A program made the position numbers and the translations under genes. This document shows positions 10,494-20,264 of a stretch of 64,000 bases of DNA, piece by piece (position 1 is the stretch's first letter; the number at the start of each line of letters is the position of its first letter). A model generated the notes under the pieces. The model had not been told where the DNA came from and did no database searches. It saw nothing but the letters and a program-made list of their open reading frames with translations. The DNA comes from an uncultured Acidobacteriota bacterium (GTDB lineage: Bacteria > Acidobacteriota > JAQAZP01), in NCBI GenBank assembly GCA_963836075.1, contig CAWIIB010000009.1, forward strand, positions 2,624,001-2,688,000, in the 5' to 3' direction.

Positions 10494-12590
10494 CTAGCTC
10501 TCCTCTTCCTCTTCCGCCGCCCGCTTGTGCTCGTCGATGACCTTCTGCATCAGGTGGGCCGGCACTTCCTCGTAGTGCGACATGGCCATGGTGTAGCTGC
10601 CCCGGCCGCCGGTGATCGAGTTCAGCGTCGGCATGTAACTGAGCATTTCGGCCATGGGGGCCTGGACCCGGATCAGCTGGTTGGCGCCCATCGGCGTCAT
10701 CCCCTGAACCTTGCCCCGGCGTGAGTTCATGTCACCCATGATGTCGCCCATACACTCTTCCGGGGCGATGACTTCCACATCCATCACCGGCTCCAGCAGG
10801 GTGGGATGGGCAATGGCCATGGCTTTCTTGAAAGCCAGCGAAGCGGCGATCTTGAACGCCATTTCCGAGGAATCCACATTGTGGTAACTGCCGTCGTAGA
10901 CGGTGGCCTTGAAGTCGATCATCGGGAACCCGGCGAGGAAGCCACGCTGCCGGGCTTCCTGGATACCCTTTTCCACTGCCGGCACGTAGTTGCGGGGGAT
11001 TGCTCCGCCGAAGATCTCGTTGGCGAACTCGAAATCCCCGCCCTGGGGCAACGGCTCGAAACGGATCCAGCAGTCGGCGAACTGGCCGCGGCCGCCGGTC
11101 TGTTTCTTGTGCCGGCCCTGGACCTCGGCCTTGCCCTTGATGGTTTCCAGGTAGGGCACCTTGGGCGGGTGGAGGATCACCTCCACGCCGAAGCGTTTTT
11201 TCAGCTTGGAGACCGCCACTTCCACGTGGGTCTGGCCCATGCCCGAAACCAGCAGTTCATTGGTCTGGGGGTCACGGCCCCAGCGGAGGGTCGGATCCTC
11301 CTCGAGAATCCGGGTCATGGCCGAGGAGATCTTGTCCTCGTCGCCGCGGGACTTGGGCTCGATGGCGTAGGACATGGCCGGCTGGGGCAGCTTCACCGGG
11401 GCCACCACCACATTTTCCCCCTTGGGCCGGAAGGTATCACCGGTCTGGGTCACTTTCAGCTTGGCCACCGAGCCGATGTCACCGGCCGCCACTTCGGCCA
11501 CCGGCGCCGGGTTCTTGCCCTGGAGCAGCGAGATGCTGCCCAGCCGCTCCTGGCTGTCCCGGGTGGTGTTGAACAGTGTCGAGTCGGAAGATACCGTACC
11601 GCCGAAGACCCGGAAAAGCGTGATCTTGCCCGCATAGGGGTCGGCGATGGTCTTGAAGACGAAGGCGGCCAGCGGTGCGTCGGGGCCGGTGGCGATATCG
11701 ACATTTTCGCCGCTTTCCAACTCGATACCCGGAACCGTTGGTTTGTCGGCAGGGGAGACGCCGAAGTCGATCAGGGCGTTGAGCAGCGGGTGCATGCCGA
11801 TGTTTTTACCCGCCGAGGCGCAGAAGACGGGGAAGATCTTCAGCTCGCGGATGCCGGTTTTGAGACCCTGGACCAGTTCCTCCTGGGTCAGCTCCCCTGA
11901 TTCGAAGAACTTCTCCAGCAGGGCGTCGTCCATCTCGGCGATCATCTCCACCAGCTTCTCCCGCTCCGCCGCGGCTTTCTCCTGGAGCTCGTCGGGGATC
12001 TCGCCGGTGGTGAACGTGCCGCTCTCGTCCGTCTGGTAGATATGGGCCTTCATGGAAAGCAGGTCGACGACGCCGTTGAACGAGGACTCCTTGCCGATGG
12101 GCAGCTGGACCGGAACGGCGTTGCGGCCGAAGGTCTGGTTGACACTCTCCATGGCCCGGTCGAAGTCGGCCCGGTCGCGGTCGAGCTTGTTCAGCACGAT
12201 GATCCGGGAGAGGCCGAGCTCCTCGGCGAAACCCCAGCCCTTTTCGGTCTGGACCTCCACGCCGGAGACGGCGCAGACGGTGACCAGGGCGGATTCCACC
12301 ACGCGGAGGCAGCTCTTGGCGTCGAGGATGAAGTTTCCGTAGCCCGGGGTGTCGATGATATTGATCTTGTTCTTTTTCCACTCGGCGTAGCAGACCGCGG
12401 AGGAGATACTGATTTTCCGTTCGATTTCTTCCTGGTCGAAATCGGTGACCGTTGTGCCGTCATCCACCTTGCCCAGCCGGGTCACGGTACCGGCGCTGAA
12501 GAGCAGGGCCGAAACAAGGGATGTTTTGCCGCTGTCGCCGTGGCCGATGACACCCACGTTGCGAATTTGATCTGCTTGATAGACTTTCAT
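10494..12590 (-). CDS. fusA: Elongation factor G paralogue (EF-G2-like)
   Basis: GHGDSGKT, ERKISI (RGITI in canonical EF-G), DTPG, NKLD, HKKQTGGRGQF, VDSSEMAF; ATG 12590 after GAGGTG. Confidence 0.93.
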   Translation of the reverse strand: MKVYQADQIRNVGVIGHGDSGKTSLVSALLFSAGTVTRLGKVDDGTTVTDFDQEEIERKISISSAVCYAEWKKNKINIIDTPGYGNFILDAKSCLRVVESALVTVCAVSGVEVQTEKGWGFAEELGLSRIIVLNKLDRDRADFDRAMESVNQTFGRNAVPVQLPIGKESSFNGVVDLLSMKAHIYQTDESGTFTTGEIPDELQEKAAAEREKLVEMIAEMDDALLEKFFESGELTQEELVQGLKTGIRELKIFPVFCASAGKNIGMHPLLNALIDFGVSPADKPTVPGIELESGENVDIATGPDAPLAAFVFKTIADPYAGKITLFRVFGGTVSSDSTLFNTTRDSQERLGSISLLQGKNPAPVAEVAAGDIGSVAKLKVTQTGDTFRPKGENVVVAPVKLPQPAMSYAIEPKSRGDEDKISSAMTRILEEDPTLRWGRDPQTNELLVSGMGQTHVEVAVSKLKKRFGVEVILHPPKVPYLETIKGKAEVQGRHKKQTGGRGQFADCWIRFEPLPQGGDFEFANEIFGGAIPRNYVPAVEKGIQEARQRGFLAGFPMIDFKATVYDGSYHNVDSSEMAFKIAASLAFKKAMAIAHPTLLEPVMDVEVIAPEECMGDIMGDMNSRRGKVQGMTPMGANQLIRVQAPMAEMLSYMPTLNSITGGRGSYTMAMSHYEEVPAHLMQKVIDEHKRAAEEEEES

Positions 12591-12743
12591 TCTTCGTCGC
12601 ACCTCACGAGCGAGGCGGTCCTGACCACGCTCTCATGTCTGTCGGCCGGGTTTTCTTCGCTTATCCAGCGGCCTGAAGATGGTTGATCTGGAATACTGCC
12701 GGGCAGTTGCGTGCATGACAGTGGCGTACGTCGGAAAACGCTA

Positions 12744-12772
12744 AATATAGCACAGCAGACACCCCTTGACAA
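12744..12772 (-). promoter_or_regulatory. sigma70-type promoter for EF-G paralogue
   Basis: Minus strand TTGTCA-17 nt-TATATT with extended TG. Confidence 0.55.
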
Positions 12773-12831
12773 CATTTGTCCGCAGCCAGAAGTTTAATGA
12801 AACATTGCACTTCTGGCCGGAGGGGTGAGAC

Positions 12832-13713
12832 TCAGCGGTCGTCGGCGGCGGTGCGCCGCTCACCCCAGGAGAGTTTCTGCCGCAGAATGTCGAAATAGCT
12901 GTCCCGGCTCGATTTGATCAGCCGCACCGGGTGCTCTCCGCGGAGCACCTCGATGTGGTCCCCGGGGCGGAGGGGAAAGCCCTCCTGGCCGTCCAGGGTC
13001 AGAAACACATCGCCATCGGGATGGTCCGACTGCAGCTCGAGGGTGATCCGCACATCCGGCGGGAGGATCAGCGGCCGGTTGGCCAGCATGTGGGGGCAGA
13101 TGGGGGTCAGCAGAATAGCTTCGATGGAAGGGACGATAATCGGGCCCTGGGCCGACAGGGAGTACGCGGTGGAGCCGGTGGGGGTGGAGAGGATCAGCCC
13201 GTCGGCCTTGAAATCGTTGACGAACCTGTCATCCACCAGCACCCGGAGGTCGATCATCCGGGCCAGAGCGCTTTTGTTCACCACGATGTCGTTGAGCACC
13301 TGGCGGGATTCCAGTGGGCGGCCGTCGCGGACCACCCGGCAGCTGAGGGTCATCCGTTCCTCGGTGGTGAAATCTCCGGCCAGCACAGCCTCCAGGGTGC
13401 TGTAGAGCTCGGGGAAGGCGGTCTCGGTGAGGAAGCCCAGCGATCCGAAATTTACCCCCAGCACCGGCAGCGGGTGGTCGGTCAGGCCCTTGACCGCGCT
13501 GAGCAGCGTCCCGTCCCCGCCCAGCACCACCAGCAGTTCCACGTGGCGGCCCATTTCGCTGCGGTGCACCCGGGGGCAGCCGGCCCCGAATTCGGTGGGG
13601 ATATCGGACTCCAGCACCGGCTGGATGCCGCGCTGCTCCAGCCACTGGATCAGGTCGTGGAGCACCTGGCCGAGGATGCTGGGGTGCTGCTTGACCACGA
13701 TGCCGGTTTTCAT
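12832..13713 (-). CDS. nadK: NAD kinase
   Basis: LGGDGT, GSLGFLT, ND, ADGLILSTPTGSTAYSLS. Confidence 0.97.
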   Translation of the reverse strand: MKTGIVVKQHPSILGQVLHDLIQWLEQRGIQPVLESDIPTEFGAGCPRVHRSEMGRHVELLVVLGGDGTLLSAVKGLTDHPLPVLGVNFGSLGFLTETAFPELYSTLEAVLAGDFTTEERMTLSCRVVRDGRPLESRQVLNDIVVNKSALARMIDLRVLVDDRFVNDFKADGLILSTPTGSTAYSLSAQGPIIVPSIEAILLTPICPHMLANRPLILPPDVRITLELQSDHPDGDVFLTLDGQEGFPLRPGDHIEVLRGEHPVRLIKSSRDSYFDILRQKLSWGERRTAADDR

Positions 13714-14555
13714 GATCGCTCTCCGTGAGGAACCGTGTTTTTTTCCGGCGGCGGCTGCGGCGCCACCGCCAGGTCCACCGCTGTCTCCCGGTCCGCCTGG
13801 TGCAGTCCCGGGCCGCCATGACCCAGATGGAGGAAGAATTCCCGGTTGCCCTTGGGCCCGGTGACCGGTGAGGCGATGACCCCCCGGGTGGCCAGGCCGC
13901 AGGTTTCAGCCAGGGCGTGACTGACCCGCAGCAGCACGTCCCGGTGCAGGGCGGGGTCGCGGATCACACCCTTTTTGCCCACCTGCTCCCGGCGCACTTC
14001 GAACTGCGGTTTGACCAGCGCCACCATCTCCAGGCCGGGAACCAATTCTACTATCCGCGGCAGGACCTTTTCCAGTGAGATGAAGGAGAGGTCGGCGGTG
14101 GCCAGGTCGGGCGGTTCGGGCAACTGCTCCGCTTCGAGGTAGCGGGCGTTCAGACGCTCGCGGACCACCACCCGGGGGTCGGTGCGCAGGCGCCAGTGGA
14201 GGATGCCGTAGCCCACGTCCACGGCGATGACCAGCCGCGCCCCGTGCTGCAGCAGGCAATCGGTGAACCCGCCGGTGGATGCGCCGAGGTCAATGGCCAC
14301 CCGGCCGGCAGGGTCAACACCGAAACGGTCCAGGGCCGCCTCCAGCTTCAGCCCTCCGCGGCTGGCGTAGCGCGCCGCCGCGGCCCGGGGGCGCAGACTG
14401 ATCACGGCGCCGGCGGGCACCGGCATCCCCGGTTTTTCCGCCGGTTCGCCGTCCAGCAGCACTTCTCCGGCCAGGATCAGGGCCCGGGCCCGGTGACGGC
14501 TCTCCGTCATCCCCTGTTCCACCATCACCTTGTCCAGCCTGGGCCGGATTTTCAT
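13710..14555 (-). CDS. tlyA: TlyA family rRNA methyltransferase
   Basis: S4 domain RLD; YASRGGLKL, DLGASTGGFTDCLLQ, DLSFISL, LVKPQFE, GNREF. Confidence 0.95.
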   Translation of the reverse strand: MKIRPRLDKVMVEQGMTESRHRARALILAGEVLLDGEPAEKPGMPVPAGAVISLRPRAAAARYASRGGLKLEAALDRFGVDPAGRVAIDLGASTGGFTDCLLQHGARLVIAVDVGYGILHWRLRTDPRVVVRERLNARYLEAEQLPEPPDLATADLSFISLEKVLPRIVELVPGLEMVALVKPQFEVRREQVGKKGVIRDPALHRDVLLRVSHALAETCGLATRGVIASPVTGPKGNREFFLHLGHGGPGLHQADRETAVDLAVAPQPPPEKNTVPHGERS

Positions 14556-14562
14556 GGGTCTC

Positions 14563-15450
14563 TCAGTGGCTGCGCCGCAGCAGGTAGTCGGTGAGCTGGA
14601 GCAGGACGCCGGCCTCCGCGCCGTAGGGCGCCAGCTCTTCGGCCGCCTCCCGGGCCAGCTGCCGGGCTTTGGCGTTGGCCTCGTCCATCCCGGCGGCCGC
14701 CGGGTAGGTGGCCTTGCCCTGGGCTTCGTCCTTGCCTGCCGTCTTGCCCAGGTCCCGGGTGTCGCCGGTGCGGTCGAGGATGTCGTCGGTGATCTGGAAG
14801 AGCAGCCCGATCCGGCGGCCATAACGGTCCATCCGCTCCAGCTCCTCCTCTGCGGCACCGGCCAGCGCGGCGCCCATGGTGAGGGAGGCGGTGATCAGCG
14901 CCGCTGTTTTCAGAAGGTGGATCCGTTCCACCGTGGCCAGTGGAACCTCCTCCCGGCCCTCCGATTCCAGGTCGGCCATCTGCCCGCCGATCATCCCTCC
15001 GGTGCCCGCCGCGTCGGCCAGGATACCGATGATGCGCAGCAGGCGTTGCGGTGCCGGGACCGTCTGCCGGGCCAGGATCAGGAAGGCGTGGGTCAGCAGG
15101 GCGTCCCCGGCCAGAATGGCGGTGGCCTCGTCAAAGGCCTTGTGGCAGGAGGGGCGGCCCCGGCGCAGGTCGTCGTCGTCCATGGCCGGCAGGTCGTCGT
15201 GGATCAGCGAGTAGGTGTGGATCATCTCCATGGCGCAGGCGGCGGGGAGCACCGCCTCCCGCCGGCCATGGTGCAGGTCGGAGGCGGCAATGACCAGCGC
15301 CGGCCGCACCCGCTTGCCGCCGGCAAAGACGCTGTAGCGCATGGCGCGGTGCAGCGTCCGGGGCTCGGTGTCGTCCGACGGGAGGTGGGCCTCCAGGGCG
15401 TCGTCCACCAGGCGCCTCGACTCTTCGAGAAATGTAAGCAAATCCTGCAC
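14563..15450 (-). CDS. ispA: Farnesyl/geranylgeranyl diphosphate synthase
   Basis: GGKRVRP, SLIHDDLPAMDDDDLRRG, FQITDDILD. Confidence 0.95.
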   Translation of the reverse strand: MQDLLTFLEESRRLVDDALEAHLPSDDTEPRTLHRAMRYSVFAGGKRVRPALVIAASDLHHGRREAVLPAACAMEMIHTYSLIHDDLPAMDDDDLRRGRPSCHKAFDEATAILAGDALLTHAFLILARQTVPAPQRLLRIIGILADAAGTGGMIGGQMADLESEGREEVPLATVERIHLLKTAALITASLTMGAALAGAAEEELERMDRYGRRIGLLFQITDDILDRTGDTRDLGKTAGKDEAQGKATYPAAAGMDEANAKARQLAREAAEELAPYGAEAGVLLQLTDYLLRRSH

Positions 15451-15465
15451 ACCGGTCCTCCTCGG

Positions 15466-15690
15466 CTACTGATCGTCCGTTCCGGCCGCGCTCCCTTCCG
15501 CCTCGGCCAGTAGACTGCTCACCTTCTGTTCCGCCTGCTCCAGCTGTTTGCTGCAGGTGCGGGTGAGCCCCACGCCCTCTTCGAAGATCCTGATCGACTC
15601 CTCGAGACTCAGGTCACCGCTCTCCAGCGTGTCCACGATCTCTTCCAGACGGCGGATCGCCGTTTCGAAAGATTGTACCGTTTTCCCCAT
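15466..15690 (-). CDS. xseB: Exodeoxyribonuclease VII small subunit
   Basis: FETAIRRLEEIV..LE.G.LSLEES..FEEG. Confidence 0.96.
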   Translation of the reverse strand: MGKTVQSFETAIRRLEEIVDTLESGDLSLEESIRIFEEGVGLTRTCSKQLEQAEQKVSSLLAEAEGSAAGTDDQ

Positions 15691-17066
15691 CAGTTCGCCT
15701 CCTCCGCGTCCTTGATCTCGTCGATGCTGCAGCCCAGCCGGCCGCGGTGCAGCAGGACGGTCACCCGCTCCCCGGTCTGCACCTCGCGGGCCCGGCGCAG
15801 CACCCGGTCCGAGCCGTCCGCCAGGCGGCAGATGGCATAGCCCCGTTCCAGCACCGCCAGCGGGCTCAGGCCGCCCAGGCGTTCCCGCAGCCGGTGACTG
15901 TCCGCGGACGCCCGCTGCAGCTGCAGGGTCATTCTCGTTCCCAGCCCCCGGCCCAGTGCCGCCAGCTCCGAGCGCCGCCGCTCCAGCTGCCGCCCCGGGT
16001 TGTACCGGGCCAGCAGCGCTTCCAGCCGGACCAGCCGCTGGCCGTTCTCCCGCAGCGCCCGGCTGGCGGCCTCCACCTGCCTCGACTGCAGGTCGTCCAC
16101 CCTCTGGGCCCGCTCCACCATGCGCAGCCGCAGCCGGCCCACCATGCGGCCCGGAGAGTTGCGTTCCAGCTCCACCACGGCCGCGGCCATCCTCGACCTG
16201 AGGGCCGAGCGCAGCCGTTGGCGCATCCCCGTCAGCTGCCCCACCAGGTCTTCGTAGCGGGCGCTCACCGTTTCGGCGGCGGCCGAGGGGGTGGGGGCCC
16301 GGTGGTCAGCGGCGAAGTCGCAGATGGTGACGTCGGTCTCGTGGCCCACGGCGGAGATCACCGGCACCGGGCAGTTGGCCACCGCCCGGGCGGTCAGTTC
16401 CTCGTTGAACGGCTGGAGGTCTTCCAGCGACCCGCCGCCGCGGGTCACCACCACCACGTCCACCGTCCCCCGGCGGCCCAGTTCTTCCACCGCCGCGGCG
16501 ATTTCAGCCGCCGCCTCGTTCCCCTGCACCCGGCAGGGGGCGATCAGCACCTCCACTCCCGGCGCCCGGCGCCGCAGGATCTTCAGCACATCCTGCACCG
16601 CGGCCCCGGTGGGGGAAGTGACCAGGCCGATGCGGCGGGGGAAGGGGGGCAGCGGTCGTTTGCGTTCGTCGTCGAACAGGCCTTCGGCGGCCAGCCGGGC
16701 CTTGAGCTGTTCGAAGCGCAGGCGCAGCGAGCCGTCGCCCAGCGGTTCCATGAACTGCACCGAGAGCTGCAGGTCGCCCCGGGGGGCATAGAGGGTGACG
16801 GTGCCCCGGGCCAGCACCTGCAGGCCGTCGGCGGGCTCGAAGCCCATCTGCCGGGCAAAGCCCCGGAACATCACCGACTTCAGACGCCCGTTCTCGTCGG
16901 TGAGGCTGAAGTAGAGGTGTCCCGAGGCGGGCCGGGCCAGGTTGGAGATTTCCCCCACCACCCAGATGTTGGCCCAGTTGGACTCCACCTCGTTGCGCAG
17001 CAGGCCCAGCAGCTCCGACACCGTGTGGCGCCGGCTGTCGGGAGGGCTGGGATTGGTTCGGGGCAT
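15690..17066 (-). CDS. xseA: Exodeoxyribonuclease VII large subunit
   Basis: GEISN..SGHLYFSL, RGGGSLEDL, SAVGHETD, APTPSAAAE, LERGY. Confidence 0.97.
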   Translation of the reverse strand: MPRTNPSPPDSRRHTVSELLGLLRNEVESNWANIWVVGEISNLARPASGHLYFSLTDENGRLKSVMFRGFARQMGFEPADGLQVLARGTVTLYAPRGDLQLSVQFMEPLGDGSLRLRFEQLKARLAAEGLFDDERKRPLPPFPRRIGLVTSPTGAAVQDVLKILRRRAPGVEVLIAPCRVQGNEAAAEIAAAVEELGRRGTVDVVVVTRGGGSLEDLQPFNEELTARAVANCPVPVISAVGHETDVTICDFAADHRAPTPSAAAETVSARYEDLVGQLTGMRQRLRSALRSRMAAAVVELERNSPGRMVGRLRLRMVERAQRVDDLQSRQVEAASRALRENGQRLVRLEALLARYNPGRQLERRRSELAALGRGLGTRMTLQLQRASADSHRLRERLGGLSPLAVLERGYAICRLADGSDRVLRRAREVQTGERVTVLLHRGRLGCSIDEIKDAEEAN

Positions 17067-17106
17067 TGTTCGTCCTCGGGAGCCGGCCGGACCGAGCCGC
17101 GCGGGT

Positions 17107-17886
17107 TCAGACCGGTTCCAGCAGGCGGTGGATGCCGGTGGCCCGGCCCGTGCCGCTGTCCACCTCGATCACCACCGCGGCGAACCGGCCGTCGCCCTTT
17201 GCCGCGGAGAGCCGTTTGGGCCGCCCGGTGATGAAACGCTCCAGGGCGGCATCCTTGCGCATGCCGATCACCGAATCGTAGGGGCCGGTCATGCCCACGT
17301 CGGTGATATACGCCGTGCCTTTCGGCAGCACCCGCTGGTCGGCGGTCTGGATGTGGGTGTGAGTGCCCAGCAGCGCGGTGACCCGCCCGTCCAGGTGCCA
17401 GCCCATGGCCACTTTTTCCGAGGTGGCTTCGGCATGGAAGTCCACCACCACCACCCCGGCATCCTTGATCCCGGTTGCCAGCAGGCGGTCAACCGTCTGG
17501 AAGGGGCAGTCGATGGACTCCATGAAAATGCGCCCCTGCAGGTTGATCACGGCCACCGGCACCGCAACCCGCCGGCGGCAGACCAGCAGGCCGCTGCCCG
17601 GTGACGGCGGCGGGTAGTTCGCCGGCCGCAGGAGCCGCGGTTCGTTGTCCAGCAGGTGGGCGGCGTCGTTGCGGTCCCAGATGTGGTTGCCCGAGGTGAG
17701 GACGTCAACTCCGGCGTCGAAAAACTCTTCGATCACCGGGCCGGTGACCCCGAACCCGCCGGCGGCATTCTCCACGTTGGCGATGGTGAAGTCGATGCGG
17801 TGACGTTCCACAGCGGGCAGGTAGTGCTGGTGAAAGGCCGCCCGGCCCGCCCGGCCCGAAATGTCGCCGACAAAGAGTATGTTCAA
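17107..17886 (-). CDS. ymdB: YmdB-like metallophosphoesterase
   Basis: GD..G..G, NVENAAGG, TSGNHIWD, DFHAEATSEK, GTHTH. Confidence 0.95.
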   Translation of the reverse strand: MNILFVGDISGRAGRAAFHQHYLPAVERHRIDFTIANVENAAGGFGVTGPVIEEFFDAGVDVLTSGNHIWDRNDAAHLLDNEPRLLRPANYPPPSPGSGLLVCRRRVAVPVAVINLQGRIFMESIDCPFQTVDRLLATGIKDAGVVVVDFHAEATSEKVAMGWHLDGRVTALLGTHTHIQTADQRVLPKGTAYITDVGMTGPYDSVIGMRKDAALERFITGRPKRLSAAKGDGRFAAVVIEVDSGTGRATGIHRLLEPV

Positions 17887-17904
17887 CGGGGCACCCGACC
17901 GTTC

Positions 17905-19470
17905 CTACTTGGCGTATTCGCTGGCCCGCGTCTCACGGATCACGTTGACCCGCACCTGGCCCGGGTATTCCAGTTCGCTCTCGATGCGCTTGGCGATGTC
18001 CTTGGACAACCAGACCGTTTCCTTGTCGTTGACCAGACTGCTGTCCACCAGGATCCGGACCTCGCGGCCCGCCTGGATGGCGAAGGACTTGTGCACGCCC
18101 TGGAACGAATCGGCGATCCGTTCCAGGCGGCGCATCCGGGTGCAGAAGGTCTCCACCATCTCGGTCCGCGCACCGGGTCGGGTGGCCGAGATCCGGTTGG
18201 CCACCTGGACCAGGTTGGCCTCGATGGTCAGCGGCTGCACCTGGTTGTGATGCGCCTCCACGGCGTGGACCACCTTTGGCGACTCGTTGTATTTCTGCAG
18301 CAGCTCCACGCCCACCTGGGTGTGCGAGCCCTCCGAGTCGCCCAGAAGCGCCTTGCCGATGTCGTGCAGCAGCCCGGCCCGCTTGCAGGCCCAGACATTC
18401 ACTTCCAGCTCCGCGGCCAGGGCGCCGGCAATAATCGAGACGTCCCGGGAGTGGACCAGGACGTTCTGGCCGCCGGTGGTGCGGTAGCGCAGCATGCCCA
18501 GGGCCTTGACGATTTCGGGGTGCAGGTCGAGGATGCCCAGGTCGAAGACCAGGCTTTCTCCCTCGTCGCGGACGATCTGCTCGAAATCCACCCGGACGCT
18601 CTCCACCACTTCCTCGATGCGGGCGGGGTGAATGCGGCCGTCGGAAATGAGCCGTTCCAGTGCGGCCTTGGCCACGGCACGGCGCAGGGGGTCGAACCCG
18701 GAGAGCAGCACCGCCTCGGGGGTGTCGTCGACGATCAGGTCCACGCCGGTGGCCATTTCCAGGGCGCGGATGTTTCGGCCCTCCCGGCCAATGATCCGGC
18801 CCTTCATCTCGTCGGCGGGCAGTTTGACCATCGTGACCGTGGGCTCGATGATCTCCTCCTTGTCCACCCGCTGCATGGCGGTGCAGAGGATACCCTTGGC
18901 CCGCTGCTTGGCCCGTTCCCGCGCCTCGTCCTCGATGCGCTGGATGGTCTTGGCCACATCCTTGCGGGCCGTGCTCTCCATGGAGCGCATCAGTTCCCGT
19001 TTGGCCGTTTCCTGGGTCATCCCCGAGATTTTTTCCAATTGCTGACGCTGGTCTTCAACCAGGGTCTCCAGGTGGCTGCTCAGCTTCTCCACCCGCTGCT
19101 CGCGATCCTGGAGGTCGGTCTCCAGGGTGGACAGGTCTTTCTCCTTCTGGTCGATGATGCCGAACTTCTGGTCCAGCTGCTCTTCCTTGTTCCGGAGTTT
19201 TTTCTCGAGCCTGCCCAGTTCCTCCCGTTTTTCACGGGTCTCCTTCTCGAAATCCTGGTTGCGGCTGTAGAGCCGTTCCTTGGCTTCGAGGTCGGCTTCC
19301 TTGCGGGCTGCTTCGGCTTCCCGCCTGGCTTCCTGGAGAAATTCTTCGGCGGCTTGTTCGGCGCGAGCCGTGGTTCTTCTGGCGACGATCCCGCGGGACA
19401 GCAGCCAGAGGATGAAGAAGATGAGGCAAATTCCACCTGGAAGGAGCGCGCTCAGTATCAGGTCGGACAT
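17905..19470 (-). CDS. rny: Ribonuclease Y
   Basis: N-terminal TM, coiled coil, KH KGRIIGREGRNIR, HD LLHDIGK, AIQAGREVR. Confidence 0.97.
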   Translation of the reverse strand: MSDLILSALLPGGICLIFFILWLLSRGIVARRTTARAEQAAEEFLQEARREAEAARKEADLEAKERLYSRNQDFEKETREKREELGRLEKKLRNKEEQLDQKFGIIDQKEKDLSTLETDLQDREQRVEKLSSHLETLVEDQRQQLEKISGMTQETAKRELMRSMESTARKDVAKTIQRIEDEARERAKQRAKGILCTAMQRVDKEEIIEPTVTMVKLPADEMKGRIIGREGRNIRALEMATGVDLIVDDTPEAVLLSGFDPLRRAVAKAALERLISDGRIHPARIEEVVESVRVDFEQIVRDEGESLVFDLGILDLHPEIVKALGMLRYRTTGGQNVLVHSRDVSIIAGALAAELEVNVWACKRAGLLHDIGKALLGDSEGSHTQVGVELLQKYNESPKVVHAVEAHHNQVQPLTIEANLVQVANRISATRPGARTEMVETFCTRMRRLERIADSFQGVHKSFAIQAGREVRILVDSSLVNDKETVWLSKDIAKRIESELEYPGQVRVNVIRETRASEYAK

Positions 19471-19699
19471 ATCCGCCTACCTCCAGGTCGGGTGATGGGA
19501 AGAATCGTATGATTCAACTGCTTTTCAAAGACACCGTCAGTTCGGTCATTTGTTCAATGCCATCAGCCGTTCCGTCGCGGTCTTCCCGGCGGGGCCGGGA
19601 CTGCGACGGAACGGCTCAGGGCATTGATCGGAAGAACTGAGGTCAGAGAAGGGCTGGCGGAGGGAGTGCGCCCGGCGGGGGATCGAATCAGGCTGCAGA

Positions 19700-19830
19700 A
19701 GAATCAGGTGCCGGTCACCCTGCGACCGGGTGAACCCACGGCGGGGTCCGGTCCCGCAGGAAGCCGACCGGGCGGCCAGTGGGCCCGGCGTCGGTCAGGA
19801 CTGTCTGTTCCGTGCCGGCAGGTAACCATC
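19700..19830 (-). ncRNA. ssrS: Putative 6S RNA (compact; ends uncertain)
   Basis: Lies between zapA and rny, a usual ssrS position; hand-folded rod closed by GGUUACCUGC/GCAGGGUGACC with a central bubble and a 3' GUGGGUUCA motif. Confidence 0.5.
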
Positions 19831-19936
19831 TGTTTCTCAGCCTACATCTTCAGAGACATTCGGGCATCTCTGCCCGGGATTCGATCTTTTCCGCAACCGG
19901 GGCCCCGCGTCGTTCCGCCCGGAGCCCGCCGAGGGA

Positions 19937-20239
19937 TCATTCCTGATCCATCACCGCTTCCAGAATGCTGCAGCAGTCCTCGGCTCTCTGCATCAGTGCG
20001 CCCTCGTCCTCTTCCTTGAGCGCCCGATACCGCTGATATTCGTCCGCAATGTTAAGCGCGGCCAGTATGGCCACCTTGAGGGAGTCCACCGTAGAGGTTC
20101 CCTCGGAAATATCCTTCATCTTCCGGTCGACATAACCGGCCACGTGCTGGATGTCGTCGCTGTCGCCCTGGCCCTTGAGCGTGTATTTCTGGCCGAAGAT
20201 TATAACCTCGATCAGCTGTCCGTTTTCCTCGGTCACCAT
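19937..20239 (-). CDS. zapA: Cell division protein ZapA
   Basis: IFGQKYTL, VAGYVDRKM, KVAILAALNIADE; ATG 20239 after GGAGG. Confidence 0.93.
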   Translation of the reverse strand: MVTEENGQLIEVIIFGQKYTLKGQGDSDDIQHVAGYVDRKMKDISEGTSTVDSLKVAILAALNIADEYQRYRALKEEDEGALMQRAEDCCSILEAVMDQE

Positions 20240-20264
20240 GCTCGGTCCTCCGGGCGCACCATCG

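Noticed and set aside
13710-14858. 382-aa TlyA with N-terminal extension
   Set aside because: The extension overlaps ispA out of frame; ATG 14555 gives a normal 281-aa protein
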